This document shows, piece by piece, positions 28,239 to 42,449 of a stretch of 64,000 nucleotides of DNA. A program made the translations under genes and the position numbers. The stretch spans positions 1,312,001 to 1,376,000 of the forward strand of contig OY821641.1 of the NCBI GenBank assembly GCA_963555995.3, given 5' to 3'. The notes beneath the pieces were generated by a model, which saw only the letters and a program-made list of their open reading frames with translations, did no database searches and had not been told where the DNA came from. Positions within the stretch are counted from its first letter, which is position 1; every line of letters starts with the position of its first letter. Source of the stretch: Vicinamibacteria bacterium. GTDB taxonomy: Bacteria > Acidobacteriota > Vicinamibacteria > Marinacidobacterales > Marinacidobacteraceae.

Positions 28239-29159
28239 GTGAAGTCCGCGACGGATTCCCGCCACGCCGGGGCTCCGCCGCCTCCGGCCGCCGTCATCAA
28301 GGCCCGGCTGGACGACGAGGTCGTGGTCCCGGTGCGCCGCTACGGCAATCCGCACGGCCCGCGCCTGATGATCAGCCACGGCAACGGGCTCGCGGTGGAC
28401 CTCTACTCCCCGTTCTGGTCGCTGCTGCTCGACGACTTCGATCTCGTCCTCTTCGATCTCCGGAATCACGGGGCGAACCCGCCGGGAACGCTGGCGCGGC
28501 ACACCGTCCCCAACTTCGTCCGGGACCTGGAAGCGGTGGGCCGTGCGGTGGACCGGGAGTTCGGGGTGCGTCCCCGCGCGGGGGTGTACCACTCCGCGTC
28601 GAGCCTCGCCTGCCTCCTCTCGCCATCGGTCAGCGCTTCCTACGCCGCCCTGATCCTCTTCGACCCACCGCTGTTCCCGCCCGGCGCCCGCCAGCGCGCC
28701 TTCGAAGCGGCCTGCCGGCAGGCGGCGCAGCGGACCCGCATCCGCGCGTTCCGGTTCCGCAGCGAGGCCGAATTCGCCGAACTGATGGAGGCCCAGCCCG
28801 CCTTCGATCGCACCGTCCCGGGGGCGGTGCGCCGGATGGCCCGGACCACGCTGCGCCGCGCCCCGCACGGCGGGTTCGAGCTCCGCTGTCCCCGCGAGTA
28901 CGAAGCGAAGATCATGGCCTCGCTGGCCGGCTTCGCCCGGATGGTGGACCTCGATTCCCTCGGGCTGCCGATCAAGGTGATCGGGGCCGACCCGGCGCTC
29001 CGGCATTACTTCCTGCCTCCCTGCGACCTGAGCCACGCCGCCGCGGTGGACTACGAGGTGCTGCCCGGGACGACGCACCTGGCGCAGCTCGAACAGCCGC
29101 AGCGGTGCGCGGCGCTGACCGTGGACTTCCTGCGGAAGAACGGGCTCAGTTCACGCTGA
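28239..29159 (+). CDS. Alpha/beta fold hydrolase
   Basis: ISHGNG, FDLRNHG, atypical elbow VYHSASS, THLAQLEQP. Confidence 0.8.
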   Translation: MKSATDSRHAGAPPPPAAVIKARLDDEVVVPVRRYGNPHGPRLMISHGNGLAVDLYSPFWSLLLDDFDLVLFDLRNHGANPPGTLARHTVPNFVRDLEAVGRAVDREFGVRPRAGVYHSASSLACLLSPSVSASYAALILFDPPLFPPGARQRAFEAACRQAAQRTRIRAFRFRSEAEFAELMEAQPAFDRTVPGAVRRMARTTLRRAPHGGFELRCPREYEAKIMASLAGFARMVDLDSLGLPIKVIGADPALRHYFLPPCDLSHAAAVDYEVLPGTTHLAQLEQPQRCAALTVDFLRKNGLSSR

Positions 29160-29886
29160 CCGCGCCGCCGGCGGCGGATTCGTCCGCCTCCAGCCGGAAG
29201 GCGAGCGCGGCGGCGAACCGCGGTTCGCCGAGGTCCTCCAGCCAGTAGCGCTCGGCGGGCAGGTGCGGAAAGCGGAAGACCGCGGCGGGCTCGCCGCCGA
29301 GCATCGCCGGCGGAATCTCGAACCGCGACGGATTCAGGGTGAACCCGGTGCCGAGCGCCTTGATGAGGGCTTCCTTCAGGCTCCAGAGGCGGTAGAAGAG
29401 GTCCGCCTTGCCCGGCCCGGCGGCGGCGCTCAGGGCGCGCCGCTCCGCCGGACCGTACACGTTGCTGCCGATGCCGTCGAAGTCCCGCTCGGGCGCGCGT
29501 TCCTCCAGATCCACCCCCAGCCCATCGTGCGTCGAGAACGCGATCAGGCCGTGGCTGCCGCTGTGGCTGATGTTGAAGCTCACCGGGGAGCGGGCGCCGT
29601 TCACCCGCGCGAAGGGCTTGCCGTGTTCGAGATACCCGAACGAGAGCTCCTCGTTGGAGCAGCCGAGTCGCTCGCAGAGGTTGATCCGCAGCGCGGCCCG
29701 GCAGAGCGCGAACTGCCGCAGCGCCCGTCGCACCAGGAAGCGGTCGGCGCGCCGGCGCTCCTCGTCGTCGAGGAGCGCGAGCGCCCGCGCTTCGGCGTCG
29801 GCGTTGGGCCGGATGTCGACCCGCAGGATGCGCGTGTCCCCGGCGTCGCGCCAAGGGCCCCACCACGGGTCCCCGCCGGTGGTCAT
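29146..29886 (-). CDS. 4'-phosphopantetheinyl transferase (Sfp type)
   Basis: HGKP, FNISHS, LGVDLE, WSLKEALIKALGTG; ATGA overlap with upstream gene. Confidence 0.92.
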   Translation of the reverse strand: MTTGGDPWWGPWRDAGDTRILRVDIRPNADAEARALALLDDEERRRADRFLVRRALRQFALCRAALRINLCERLGCSNEELSFGYLEHGKPFARVNGARSPVSFNISHSGSHGLIAFSTHDGLGVDLEERAPERDFDGIGSNVYGPAERRALSAAAGPGKADLFYRLWSLKEALIKALGTGFTLNPSRFEIPPAMLGGEPAAVFRFPHLPAERYWLEDLGEPRFAAALAFRLEADESAAGGAVSVN

Positions 29887-30707
29887 CGCCGGGGCGCCAG
29901 CGCCACCTCGCGCAGGTAGGCGCCGATTCCGCGCGACCGGTCCCACTGGCGCGGATACCCCAGGGAAACCTCCTGGAAGGGCACCCCGTCGAGGAACTCG
30001 GTCTTGCGGATGTGCAGGTGCCCGTACACCACCGCGGCGGCGTTGAAGCGCCGGTGCCAGCCGCGCGTCCGCCGGGTGCCGCACCACGGCGTGAAGCGCG
30101 GCGCCAGCGGCAGCACCGCGTGTTCCTCCTCGAGCGGGAAGTGGTTGATGAGGACCTTGGGGATGTCCGGCGGGCACGACGCGAGCCGGGCGGCGGCGTC
30201 TTCGCAGCGCGCCGCGCACCAGGATTCCCGGTCCGGGAACGGGTCCGGGTGCAGCACGAACTCGTCGGTGCAGACGTGGCCCGTCTCGCGGGCCCAGCGG
30301 ACCACCTCGTGGCGCCCGACGTGGGCGGGCCGGAAGCTGTAGTCGTAGAGCAGGAACAGCGGCGCAAGGAGGATCCGGCCCTGGTCGTGATCCACCACCG
30401 GGTAGGGATCCTCCGGGGTCAGGACGCCGTGCTCCCGGGCGATGGCGACCAGGCGCCGGTAGAGCGCGGCGCCCCGCAGCGGCGGCTCCTGGTCCGGGAT
30501 CGTCCAGAGTTCGTGGTTCCCGGGGGTCCACACCACCTGGCGGAACTTCGGGGTCAACTGCCGGAAGACCCAGTCGAGCCGCCGGGCGCCGTCGGTGATG
30601 TCCCCCGCCAGGATCAGCCAGTCGTCGGGACGTGACGGGAAGTCCGCCAACGCTTCCCGGTTCGCGGCATGGGCGACATGCACGTCCGCCAACGCCCACA
30701 AACGCAC
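29883..30707 (-). CDS. Metallophosphoesterase, PptH (Rv2795c)-like phosphopantetheinyl carrier-protein hydrolase
   Basis: DVH, DDWLILAGD, PGNHELWT, LLYDYSF, NHFPL, WCGT, YGHLH, EVSLGYPRQW; coupled to the PPTase. Confidence 0.85.
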   Translation of the reverse strand: MRLWALADVHVAHAANREALADFPSRPDDWLILAGDITDGARRLDWVFRQLTPKFRQVVWTPGNHELWTIPDQEPPLRGAALYRRLVAIAREHGVLTPEDPYPVVDHDQGRILLAPLFLLYDYSFRPAHVGRHEVVRWARETGHVCTDEFVLHPDPFPDRESWCAARCEDAAARLASCPPDIPKVLINHFPLEEEHAVLPLAPRFTPWCGTRRTRGWHRRFNAAAVVYGHLHIRKTEFLDGVPFQEVSLGYPRQWDRSRGIGAYLREVALAPRR

Positions 30708-30906
30708 TGCCAGCTACCTTCCGGGACAGGGCGGGGAACAGATGGGCACGGGGCGCGGGGATTCTAGGCCGCGCCGGTCCGAGCGACCCGTTCCGCCCGC
30801 GCGCCGGCGTGAAGGCGGCACCGCTTCGCCGTACACTCCGTCCCACGATGTGGGGATACTTGGCAGCCGCCGACTCGCCGGCGCGACGGGAGGGATCCCG
30901 CCGGTG

Positions 30907-32100
30907 ATGCGGCGTTTCCTGTTCGTTCCCATCCTGTTGGCGGGGTTCGCCGTTGTCGCGCTCCTGGTGGCCCTGGGCCCGGAACCCGAGGCCGAGGAGG
31001 CCGTGGTGTCGCTTCCGGAGGTTCGGGTGGAGACGGTGCGCCTGGGGACGGAGCGGGTCGTGATCTCCGCCGACGGGACGGCCAGGCCCACCCGGCGAAC
31101 CACCGTCGCCGCGCGGACCGCCGGGGAGGTGATCTGGGTGGCGGACGGGCTGGAGGCGGGAGACCGGGTGGCGGAAGACGCACCCCTCTTCCGCCTGCGG
31201 CCCGGCGCCTACGAAGAGGCGTTGGCCGCGGCGCGGAGCCGCCTGGCCGAAGCCGAACTCCGGGTGCTCACGGAAGAAGCCGCCGCCGAACTGGCCCGCG
31301 CCGAATGGGAGCAGGCCGAGGCCGAGCCCGATCGGCTGGCGCTGCGGGCACCGCAACTGGCGGCGGCGGTTGAGGCCGCGGCGGCCGCGCGCGCCGCCGT
31401 GCAGCGTGCGGAGGAGGACCGGTCCAACACCGAGATCCGGGCGCCGCACGCGGGCCTGATCGCCTCCCGGAGCGCCGAGACCGGCGAATGGGTCACGCCG
31501 GGAACTCCGCTCCTGGAACTGCTTTCCGTGGACGTCGCGGAGGTGCGCGTCTCGCTGCCCGACGCGGCGCTGGCGCTCGTGGATCTGCCGTTCGGGGGGA
31601 GGGCCGAGCGGGGACCGGCGGCCCGCGTGACCGCGACCCTGGGGCCCCCAACCGCAGCCGTCCGTTGGACCTGGGAGGGACGGCTCACACGGATGGAGGG
31701 GGAAATGGACCCGGCGACCCGGTTCTTTCCGGCGGTGATCGAGGTGCCCGATCCGTACCGGAAAACCGCCGACGGCCGGCCGCCGCTGGTGTCCGGCATG
31801 TTCGTGCGGGCGGAAATCGAGGGAAGGGAATTCCCGGACATCGCGGTGGTCCCGCGGAGCGCCTTCCGCGCCGACGGGACAGTGCTCCTCGTGGACGGGG
31901 ACGACCGGGTCCACGTCCGGGAGGTGGATGCGTTCTGGCCGGCCGGGGAAGGAGCGCTCCTCGTCCGGTCGGGGCTCCGGGACGGGGACCGGCTCGTTAC
32001 GGCGCCGCCTTCGCTGGTCGCGGAGGGGATGCGGGTGAGGGTTGCGGAGAGCGGTGCGACCCGGCCGGTCGGAGATGAGCCCCCGGGCGCGAATCCTTAG
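30907..32100 (+). CDS. RND efflux periplasmic adaptor (MFP)
   Basis: N-terminal TM, coiled coil, IRAPHAG, PLVSGMFVRAEIEG. Confidence 0.9.
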   Translation: MRRFLFVPILLAGFAVVALLVALGPEPEAEEAVVSLPEVRVETVRLGTERVVISADGTARPTRRTTVAARTAGEVIWVADGLEAGDRVAEDAPLFRLRPGAYEEALAAARSRLAEAELRVLTEEAAAELARAEWEQAEAEPDRLALRAPQLAAAVEAAAAARAAVQRAEEDRSNTEIRAPHAGLIASRSAETGEWVTPGTPLLELLSVDVAEVRVSLPDAALALVDLPFGGRAERGPAARVTATLGPPTAAVRWTWEGRLTRMEGEMDPATRFFPAVIEVPDPYRKTADGRPPLVSGMFVRAEIEGREFPDIAVVPRSAFRADGTVLLVDGDDRVHVREVDAFWPAGEGALLVRSGLRDGDRLVTAPPSLVAEGMRVRVAESGATRPVGDEPPGANP

Positions 32101-35100
32101 GTCCGACCTCCGCTTGTCTCCCGCGTCTGCCGCCGACGAGGTTCGGTCCACCGGGCTGATTGCCTGGTTCGTCCGGAACCGGGTCGCCGCGAACCTCGTC
32201 TTCTTCGGCGTTGCGCTGGGCGGCTACCTGGCCCTCGGCGGGATTCCGCGCGAACAACTTCCGAGGACCTCCTCGCCCGCGGTCGTGGTGCGCGTGGCGT
32301 TCCCCGGGGCGGAGGCCGAGGTGGTCGAGTCCCGGGTGCTGCTCCCCCTCGAGGAAGCGCTGCGGGGTATCGAGGGCGTGCGGGAGATGACCGGGCTCGC
32401 GACGGACGATGCGGGAGTGCTTTCGCTGGTCCTCGAGGCAGGAGCCGACATTCGCCGGATCGGAGACATCGTGCGCGAACGGGTGGGATCCCTCGCCTCG
32501 CTTCCAGGCGCGGCGGAAGATCCCGTGGTCTCCGAGATCGTCCGACACCGCGAAATCTTCCGCATCGCCGTGCATGGAGCGGTGAGCGAGCGGGATTTGC
32601 ACCGGGCGGCCCGGCTCGTCCACGACGCCGTGGCAGCAGTACCCGGGGTGGCCGCCGTGGAGCGGCTCACGGGGTGGGATCAGGAACTGACCATCGAGAT
32701 CCCCACCCAGAACCTGACCCGGTTCGGGTTGACCTTCGACGGCGTAGCGCACGCCGTCCGGCTGGGCTCCGCGGACATTCCCGCGGGCGCCGTGCGTAGC
32801 GGTGCCCGCGAACTCAGACTGCGCACCGAGGGGGCCGCGACGACGGCCGACGATTTTGGGCGCATCCCGGTCATCACGGCGCCGGAGGGCGACGTGGTGC
32901 GTCTGGCGGACATTGCCATGGTCACCGACGGTTTCGCGGCGTCGGATCGGGATGCCTGGATGAACGGCGAGCCCGCGCTGTTCCTCGGCGTTCTGCTGCG
33001 AGACGGGGGGCGGTTGGCGGACACGACGGCGAGCGCCCGGGAGGCCATCCGGGCGATACGGCTCCCTGACGGGGTCCGGGCCACGCCCTGGTACTTCGCC
33101 TCCGAGGATTTTGAGGGTCGCGTTGACCTCATGGTCCGGAATGGACTGGCGGGTCTGGGACTTATCTTCCTGGTGCTCTTCTTCACGCTTTCCACCCGGC
33201 TCGCGGTCTGGACCGCTGCGGGACTGCCGTTCACGTTCTTCGGCGCCTTCCTGCTGATGCCGGGGCTCGGGATCACCGTCAACCTGATGAGCATGTTCGG
33301 GTTCATCGTGGCCCTTGGCATCGTCGTGGACGATGCGATCGTGGTGGGCGAGAACGTCCAGCGACGGATGGATCGTGGGGGGGAGAGCCGGGAGGAATCC
33401 GCGATTCGGGGCACCCGGAGGGTGCTCTTTCCGGCGGCCTTCGGCGTGCTGACCACGATGGCCGCCTTCGCCCCACTCCTCGGGATCCCGGGTGTGTACG
33501 GCGAACTCATCGGCGATGTGCCGCGGATGGTGATTCCGATCCTGGCGTTCTCGCTGATCGAGGCCGCCTGGATCCTGCCGCATCACCTGGCGCGCGGCGG
33601 CCTGTCCGTGCGTCCGAGCCGCCGCCTGGCGCGAATCCGAGGCAGGATCCAGTCAGGTTTCGACTGGACGGTGGAGACGGTTTACCGGCCCGCGCTCCGG
33701 TGGGCGCTCGACAATCGGCTGGCGACTCTGGCGCTCGGAGTCTTCGCTCTCAGTCTCGCGTTCGGGCTCACCGCCGGGGGTTTTGTGCAGGTGGTCACGA
33801 ATTCGCCGATGGACAACAACATCGCGCACGTCCAGATCACCCTGCCGCACGACGCGACTTCGGACACCACCCGCGCGGTGGTCGCTTCCCTCGATGCCGT
33901 GGTGGATGAAGTGCGCGAGGCGATTCGCGCTGAATCGGGAGTAGACGTCGAGCGTCACCGGGTCGTTCTGGTGGGACAGCGAATTCCGATCGGGGTGGGG
34001 GAGTCCTTCGGCGGACAACCCGCGGAGGTGGGCGCGACCGTCGGTCAGATCGTCTGGCGGCTCAGTCCTCAGGAGGACCGCGCGGGAATCCCTACGCGCG
34101 CCGTCGCGGACCGGGTCCGGGACCGGATTCGGTCGGAACCGGTGGACGCCCGGGTGTCCGTGATCAGCGATGCGTTCGGTCAGGCGGCGGATGTGTCGTT
34201 CCGGATTCGAGGTCCCGACTTCGAAGGCTTGCTGGCGGCCTCCGAGGCCCTCCAGACCGGGCTCCGAGAGCTTCCGGGAGTCACGTCCGTGTACGACGAC
34301 TTCGAGGGCGCCGCTCCAGGTCTGGTGGCTCGGGTCCGCCCCGGGGAGTCGGGCGCCGGGTTCAGCGCGGCCGCCGTGGGCCGCCAGCTCCGCCAGGTGT
34401 TCCACGGCGAGGAGGTCGCGCGCCTGCAGCGCGGCCGCGACGAGATTCGCGTGGTGCTGCGCGGTCCGCGCGCCGACTCGGGCGGGGCGCTGGGGGTCGC
34501 CGGGATGCTCGTGCGCGGCTCCGATGGGCGGGTGACCCCCTTGGGTGAGATTGCCGAGGTCTCCGCCGCCGCGGGACAGGCGGTCATTCGCCGGGTGGAC
34601 TCATTGCGGGCGGTCGCCGTCCTGGCCAGCGTGGACGGGCGGGTAACGACTCCGGATGCCGTCATCGCTACTGTCCGTGATCAAGTGCTGCCCGGGCTCC
34701 GCGAGCGCTTCCCGGGACACGACTTCGCGGTCGCGGGGCTGGCGGGTGAGACGGAGGAAAGCCAGGCGGCCCTGGCGCGCAGCGGGCTGCTCGCCGTGCT
34801 GCTCATCTTCGTCCTGCTCGCGATCCCGCTGGGTTCGTGGACCCAGCCCCTCCTCATCCTGGCCGCGATCCCGTTCGGACTCGCCGGGGCCGTGTACGGG
34901 CATCTCATCATGGGCATCAATCTCGATTCGATGAGCCTCTTCGGGTTGGTGCCGCTCATCGGGATCGTGGTGAACGATGCGCTGGTGATGCTCGACTTCA
35001 TGAACCGGCGCCAGGCGCGGGGGCTTCCGGCCCGGGAGGCGGCGCTTCAGTCCGGGCCGGCCCGCTTCCGGGCCGTGATCCTCACCTCGGTGACCACCTG

Positions 35101-35275
35101 CGCCGGGGTAACCCCGCTCCTGGCGGAGCGCAGCTACCAGGCCGCGCTGCTGATCCCGATGGCGGTCTCGCTGGCCTTCGGAGTCGCCTTCGCCACCCTG
35201 GTCACGCTCTTCGTGGTGCCCGTCCTCTACAGCCTCGCGAACGACCTGACGACCCTGCTCTCAGGCCGCCGCTAG
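32075..35275 (+). CDS. RND efflux permease (AcrB family)
   Basis: IAWFVRNRVAANL, LGIVVDDAIVVGEN, GIVVND, RFRAVILTS. Confidence 0.93.
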   Translation: MSPRARILRSDLRLSPASAADEVRSTGLIAWFVRNRVAANLVFFGVALGGYLALGGIPREQLPRTSSPAVVVRVAFPGAEAEVVESRVLLPLEEALRGIEGVREMTGLATDDAGVLSLVLEAGADIRRIGDIVRERVGSLASLPGAAEDPVVSEIVRHREIFRIAVHGAVSERDLHRAARLVHDAVAAVPGVAAVERLTGWDQELTIEIPTQNLTRFGLTFDGVAHAVRLGSADIPAGAVRSGARELRLRTEGAATTADDFGRIPVITAPEGDVVRLADIAMVTDGFAASDRDAWMNGEPALFLGVLLRDGGRLADTTASAREAIRAIRLPDGVRATPWYFASEDFEGRVDLMVRNGLAGLGLIFLVLFFTLSTRLAVWTAAGLPFTFFGAFLLMPGLGITVNLMSMFGFIVALGIVVDDAIVVGENVQRRMDRGGESREESAIRGTRRVLFPAAFGVLTTMAAFAPLLGIPGVYGELIGDVPRMVIPILAFSLIEAAWILPHHLARGGLSVRPSRRLARIRGRIQSGFDWTVETVYRPALRWALDNRLATLALGVFALSLAFGLTAGGFVQVVTNSPMDNNIAHVQITLPHDATSDTTRAVVASLDAVVDEVREAIRAESGVDVERHRVVLVGQRIPIGVGESFGGQPAEVGATVGQIVWRLSPQEDRAGIPTRAVADRVRDRIRSEPVDARVSVISDAFGQAADVSFRIRGPDFEGLLAASEALQTGLRELPGVTSVYDDFEGAAPGLVARVRPGESGAGFSAAAVGRQLRQVFHGEEVARLQRGRDEIRVVLRGPRADSGGALGVAGMLVRGSDGRVTPLGEIAEVSAAAGQAVIRRVDSLRAVAVLASVDGRVTTPDAVIATVRDQVLPGLRERFPGHDFAVAGLAGETEESQAALARSGLLAVLLIFVLLAIPLGSWTQPLLILAAIPFGLAGAVYGHLIMGINLDSMSLFGLVPLIGIVVNDALVMLDFMNRRQARGLPAREAALQSGPARFRAVILTSVTTCAGVTPLLAERSYQAALLIPMAVSLAFGVAFATLVTLFVVPVLYSLANDLTTLLSGRR

Positions 35276-35296
35276 CAAGAACGGCGGAAACGGCCT

Positions 35297-35452
35297 GGAA
35301 CGCCGGCTTCAGCCGGCACCGCGGGCCGAAGGCCCGCGGATGTCGTGCCGCTATTCGCAGTAATGGACCGCGAGCTGGGGGCCATCGCGCGGGACAGCGT
35401 CGTGCAGTCCGCTGCGCTTCGCGCAGCGGGTGCCGGCTGAAGCCGGCGCTCC
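35297..35452. repeat. 156-bp REPIN/MITE-like unit bounded by inverted REPs
   Basis: ggaacgccggcttcagccggca ... tgccggctgaagccggcgctcc; homologous, same-length unit at 60721-60876. Confidence 0.85.
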
Positions 35453-35505
35453 AAGCCGGCGGCGCGATCACGGTTGCTGGCGGGGCGCTTGCGGAGCGGG
35501 GCGCG

Positions 35506-36776
35506 TCAGTAGAGCGCCGCGGGGCCGGAAGGGGTGGCGTCGAGGAGATGGGTGCCCTGCGGGGTAGCGATTCCCCGAGGGAGGTAGTACCGCTCGGTCA
35601 GTTGCGCCCCGATGGCCGCTGTCCGGCCCGGCGGCGCGAGGATCACGACCGAGCCCCCGAGTCCGGCGCCGGTGAGCCGGGCGCCGAGCGCGCCTGCCTC
35701 CCGCGCCGCCTCGACGAGTTCGTCGAGGTCCGGGGTGCTCACCTCATAGTCGCGTCGCAGGCTCTCGTGGGAGGCGTCCAGCGATTCGCCGAATGCGGTG
35801 GCGTCGCCGTCTTCGAGGTGCTCCGCGGCGGCGGCGGTGCGCCCCGCTTCCGTGACCACGTGGCGGAACCGTCCGGCCAGCGGCGCCGGCAGCCGGTCTG
35901 CCGCCGCGAGAAGTTCGCCAGCCGGGTGGTTGGCGCCGAGCGCCGGATAGCTGTCGGCGTGGGGCAGGAACTTCCGCGCGAGGCGAAGCGCCTCCCGCGT
36001 CTGCCGGACGCGTTCGTCGAAGATCACCCCGGCGGGGCCTCCCTTGTCGGCGCGCTCGCCGCTGTACGCGACCAGGAAGCGGAAGCGGTCGGAGTCCACC
36101 GGGACCGGTGTCCACCGCGCCGGCTCGAAGGCGATGTGGAGCGCGTGTCCGGGGACGGCGCCGAGGCAGATGGACTGGTCCATCGCGCCGCCCTGGATGG
36201 CGACGCCGTGTTCCGCCTCGGCGAGATCGAGAGCCAGACGCATCGCTTTCTCACGTGACAGCCCCGCGCCGGGCACAAGGCGACCGCGGACCGAGAGGAG
36301 CGCCAGGGCTCCCGCGATCACCACCGCCGATGAAGACGAAAGACCGGCGGCGACGGGAAGGTCGGTGGCGATCGCCCCGTCGAACCCGATGCGGGACGCC
36401 GGCGACCAGCGGCCCGCATCGAGTGCGGCCGCGGCGGCGGCCAGATAACGTTCGAATCCCGCCGGCGCCGGCGACTCGCCGATGGTGAAACCGGCTTCGT
36501 CGAATCCCGGTGCGGTCGTCCGGCACCGGACCCGCTTGTCCCGACGCGCCGCGAAGGCCAGCGCGACGCCGTGGGACAGGGCGGCCGGAAGGACGGGAAG
36601 GCCGCAGTAGTCCACGTGCTCCCCGATGAGGTTCACGCGCCCGGGAGCGAAGGCGACGCCTTCGGGAGCGCGACCGAAACGTTCGCGGAAGGCGCGCCGC
36701 GCGGCGTCCGCGGGAGGCGGTTCCGCCGCGCCGGCGTCCGTCCGGGAACGGCTCTGCGGCCCGGGTGCTGCGGCGC

Positions 36777-36780
<4 letters not shown>
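35506..36780 (-). CDS. galK: Galactokinase
   Basis: APGRVNLIGEHVDY, PVAAGLSSS, MDQ, GARLTGAGLGG. Confidence 0.9.
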
Positions 36781-41003
<4,223 letters not shown>

Positions 41004-41124
41004 GGTGGTCCGACCCGGGAGGGACGGGGACGGGGGCAATGTAATGCGGAACGGCGGGGCGGAATAATCCCGTCATGGACCGCGACCCGCGGGTGGCCGC
41101 CCACCCGTCCGAAGGAGGATCGCG

Positions 41125-42384
41125 GTGACCGCTCCCGCCGCGGGGTTGCTCACCCGCGAGGACGTCCTCGAACGGGACCGGACCGACCCGCTGGCCTCCT
41201 TCCGGGACCGGTTCGAGCTCCCCGAGGGGGTGATCTACCTCGACGGGAACTCGCTCGGACCCCCGTCCGCGGGAATGCGCCCGCGGATCGAGTCGCTGCT
41301 CGCCGACGAGTGGGGCCGTGATCTCGTCGCGTCGTGGAACCGTCACGGCTGGTTCCGGCTGCCCGAGCGGGTGGGGGCGCGGATCGCGCCGCTGCTCGGC
41401 GCCGGCGAGGACGAGGTGATCGCCGCCGACTCGGTGTCCCTCAACCTCTTCAAGCTGCTGGCCTCCCTGCTGCGGCGTCCGGGCTCGCGGCGGGTAGTGC
41501 TGGCCGAAGAGACCAACTTCCCCACCGACCTCTACATGGCCGAGGGGCTCGTGGGTCTGCTCCGGGAGAGCGGCGCGGAGCTTCGGGTCGTGCCCTCGGA
41601 CGATTTCGAGGCCGCGCTCGGACCCGAGGTGGCCGTCGCGACGCTGACCCAGGTGGACTTCCGGACCGGCCGGAAACACGACCTCCGGTGGCTCACCGCG
41701 GCGGCGCGGGACGCGGGGGTTCCCATCGTCTGGGACCTGAGCCACAGCGCCGGGGCCTTCCCGCTGCACCTGAACGACGACGGGGTCGAGTTCGCGGTCG
41801 GCTGCGGCTACAAGTATCTGAACGGCGGTCCCGGGGCGCCGGGCTTTCTGTACGTGGCGCGCCGTGTCCAGCAGTCCCTCGACACGCCGCTGTCGGGGTG
41901 GATGGGGCACTGCAGCCCCTTCGAATTCGAAACGCGCTACCGGCCGGCGGCGGGGGTACGGCGGTTTCTGAGCGGGACCCCGGGAATCCTCTCGATGATC
42001 GCGCTCGAAGAGGGTCTTCGGACCTTCGACCGGGTGGACATGGCGGAGCTTCAGGCGAAGAGCGAGGCACTGGGCGACCTCTTTCTCCGTCTCGCCGACG
42101 AGCGGCTCGCGGAACTCGGCGTCGAGCCCGCGAGCCCCCGGAATGCCGGAGAGCGGGGAAGCCAGGTCTCGCTGCGGCACGCCGCGGGGTACCGGGTGAT
42201 GCAGGCCCTGATCGCGCGCGGCGTCGTCGGGGACTTCCGGGACCCGGACCTCCTCCGGTTCGGCTTCGCCCCTCTCTACGTGCGGTACGTGGACATTTGG
42301 GACGCAGTGGATGCGCTCCGCGAGGTCCTGATCCGCGCGGAGTACCAGACCGCCCGGTTCGGGCAGCGGCAGCCGGTGACCTGA
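41125..42384 (+). CDS. kynU: Kynureninase
   Basis: YLDGNSLG, WDLSHSAG, GCGYKYLNGGPG, RGSQV, GDFRDPD. Confidence 0.95.
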   Translation: MTAPAAGLLTREDVLERDRTDPLASFRDRFELPEGVIYLDGNSLGPPSAGMRPRIESLLADEWGRDLVASWNRHGWFRLPERVGARIAPLLGAGEDEVIAADSVSLNLFKLLASLLRRPGSRRVVLAEETNFPTDLYMAEGLVGLLRESGAELRVVPSDDFEAALGPEVAVATLTQVDFRTGRKHDLRWLTAAARDAGVPIVWDLSHSAGAFPLHLNDDGVEFAVGCGYKYLNGGPGAPGFLYVARRVQQSLDTPLSGWMGHCSPFEFETRYRPAAGVRRFLSGTPGILSMIALEEGLRTFDRVDMAELQAKSEALGDLFLRLADERLAELGVEPASPRNAGERGSQVSLRHAAGYRVMQALIARGVVGDFRDPDLLRFGFAPLYVRYVDIWDAVDALREVLIRAEYQTARFGQRQPVT

Positions 42385-42436
42385 CTGCGCCCGGCGCAAC
42401 GCAACCCAACGCACCCTCGCGTATCGCCGGGAACAC

Positions 42437-42442
42437 TAGAAT
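42437..42442 (+). promoter_or_regulatory. Putative -10 box of the PKS operon
   Basis: TAGAAT, then 7 nt, then in-frame ATG at 42450. Confidence 0.45.
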
Positions 42443-42449
42443 GCCTCCC

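Noticed and set aside
29887-32151. 1001 aa PPTase ORF and similar upstream extensions (8447-11773, 16912-18936, 56174-57553)
   Set aside because: The extensions overlap other genes; better starts lie at stop/start overlaps or just before the conserved domains
41334-42449. N-terminal extension of the PKS in the ORF track
   Set aside because: Overlaps kynU in another frame and is Arg/Gly/Pro-rich; the KS domain begins near 42500
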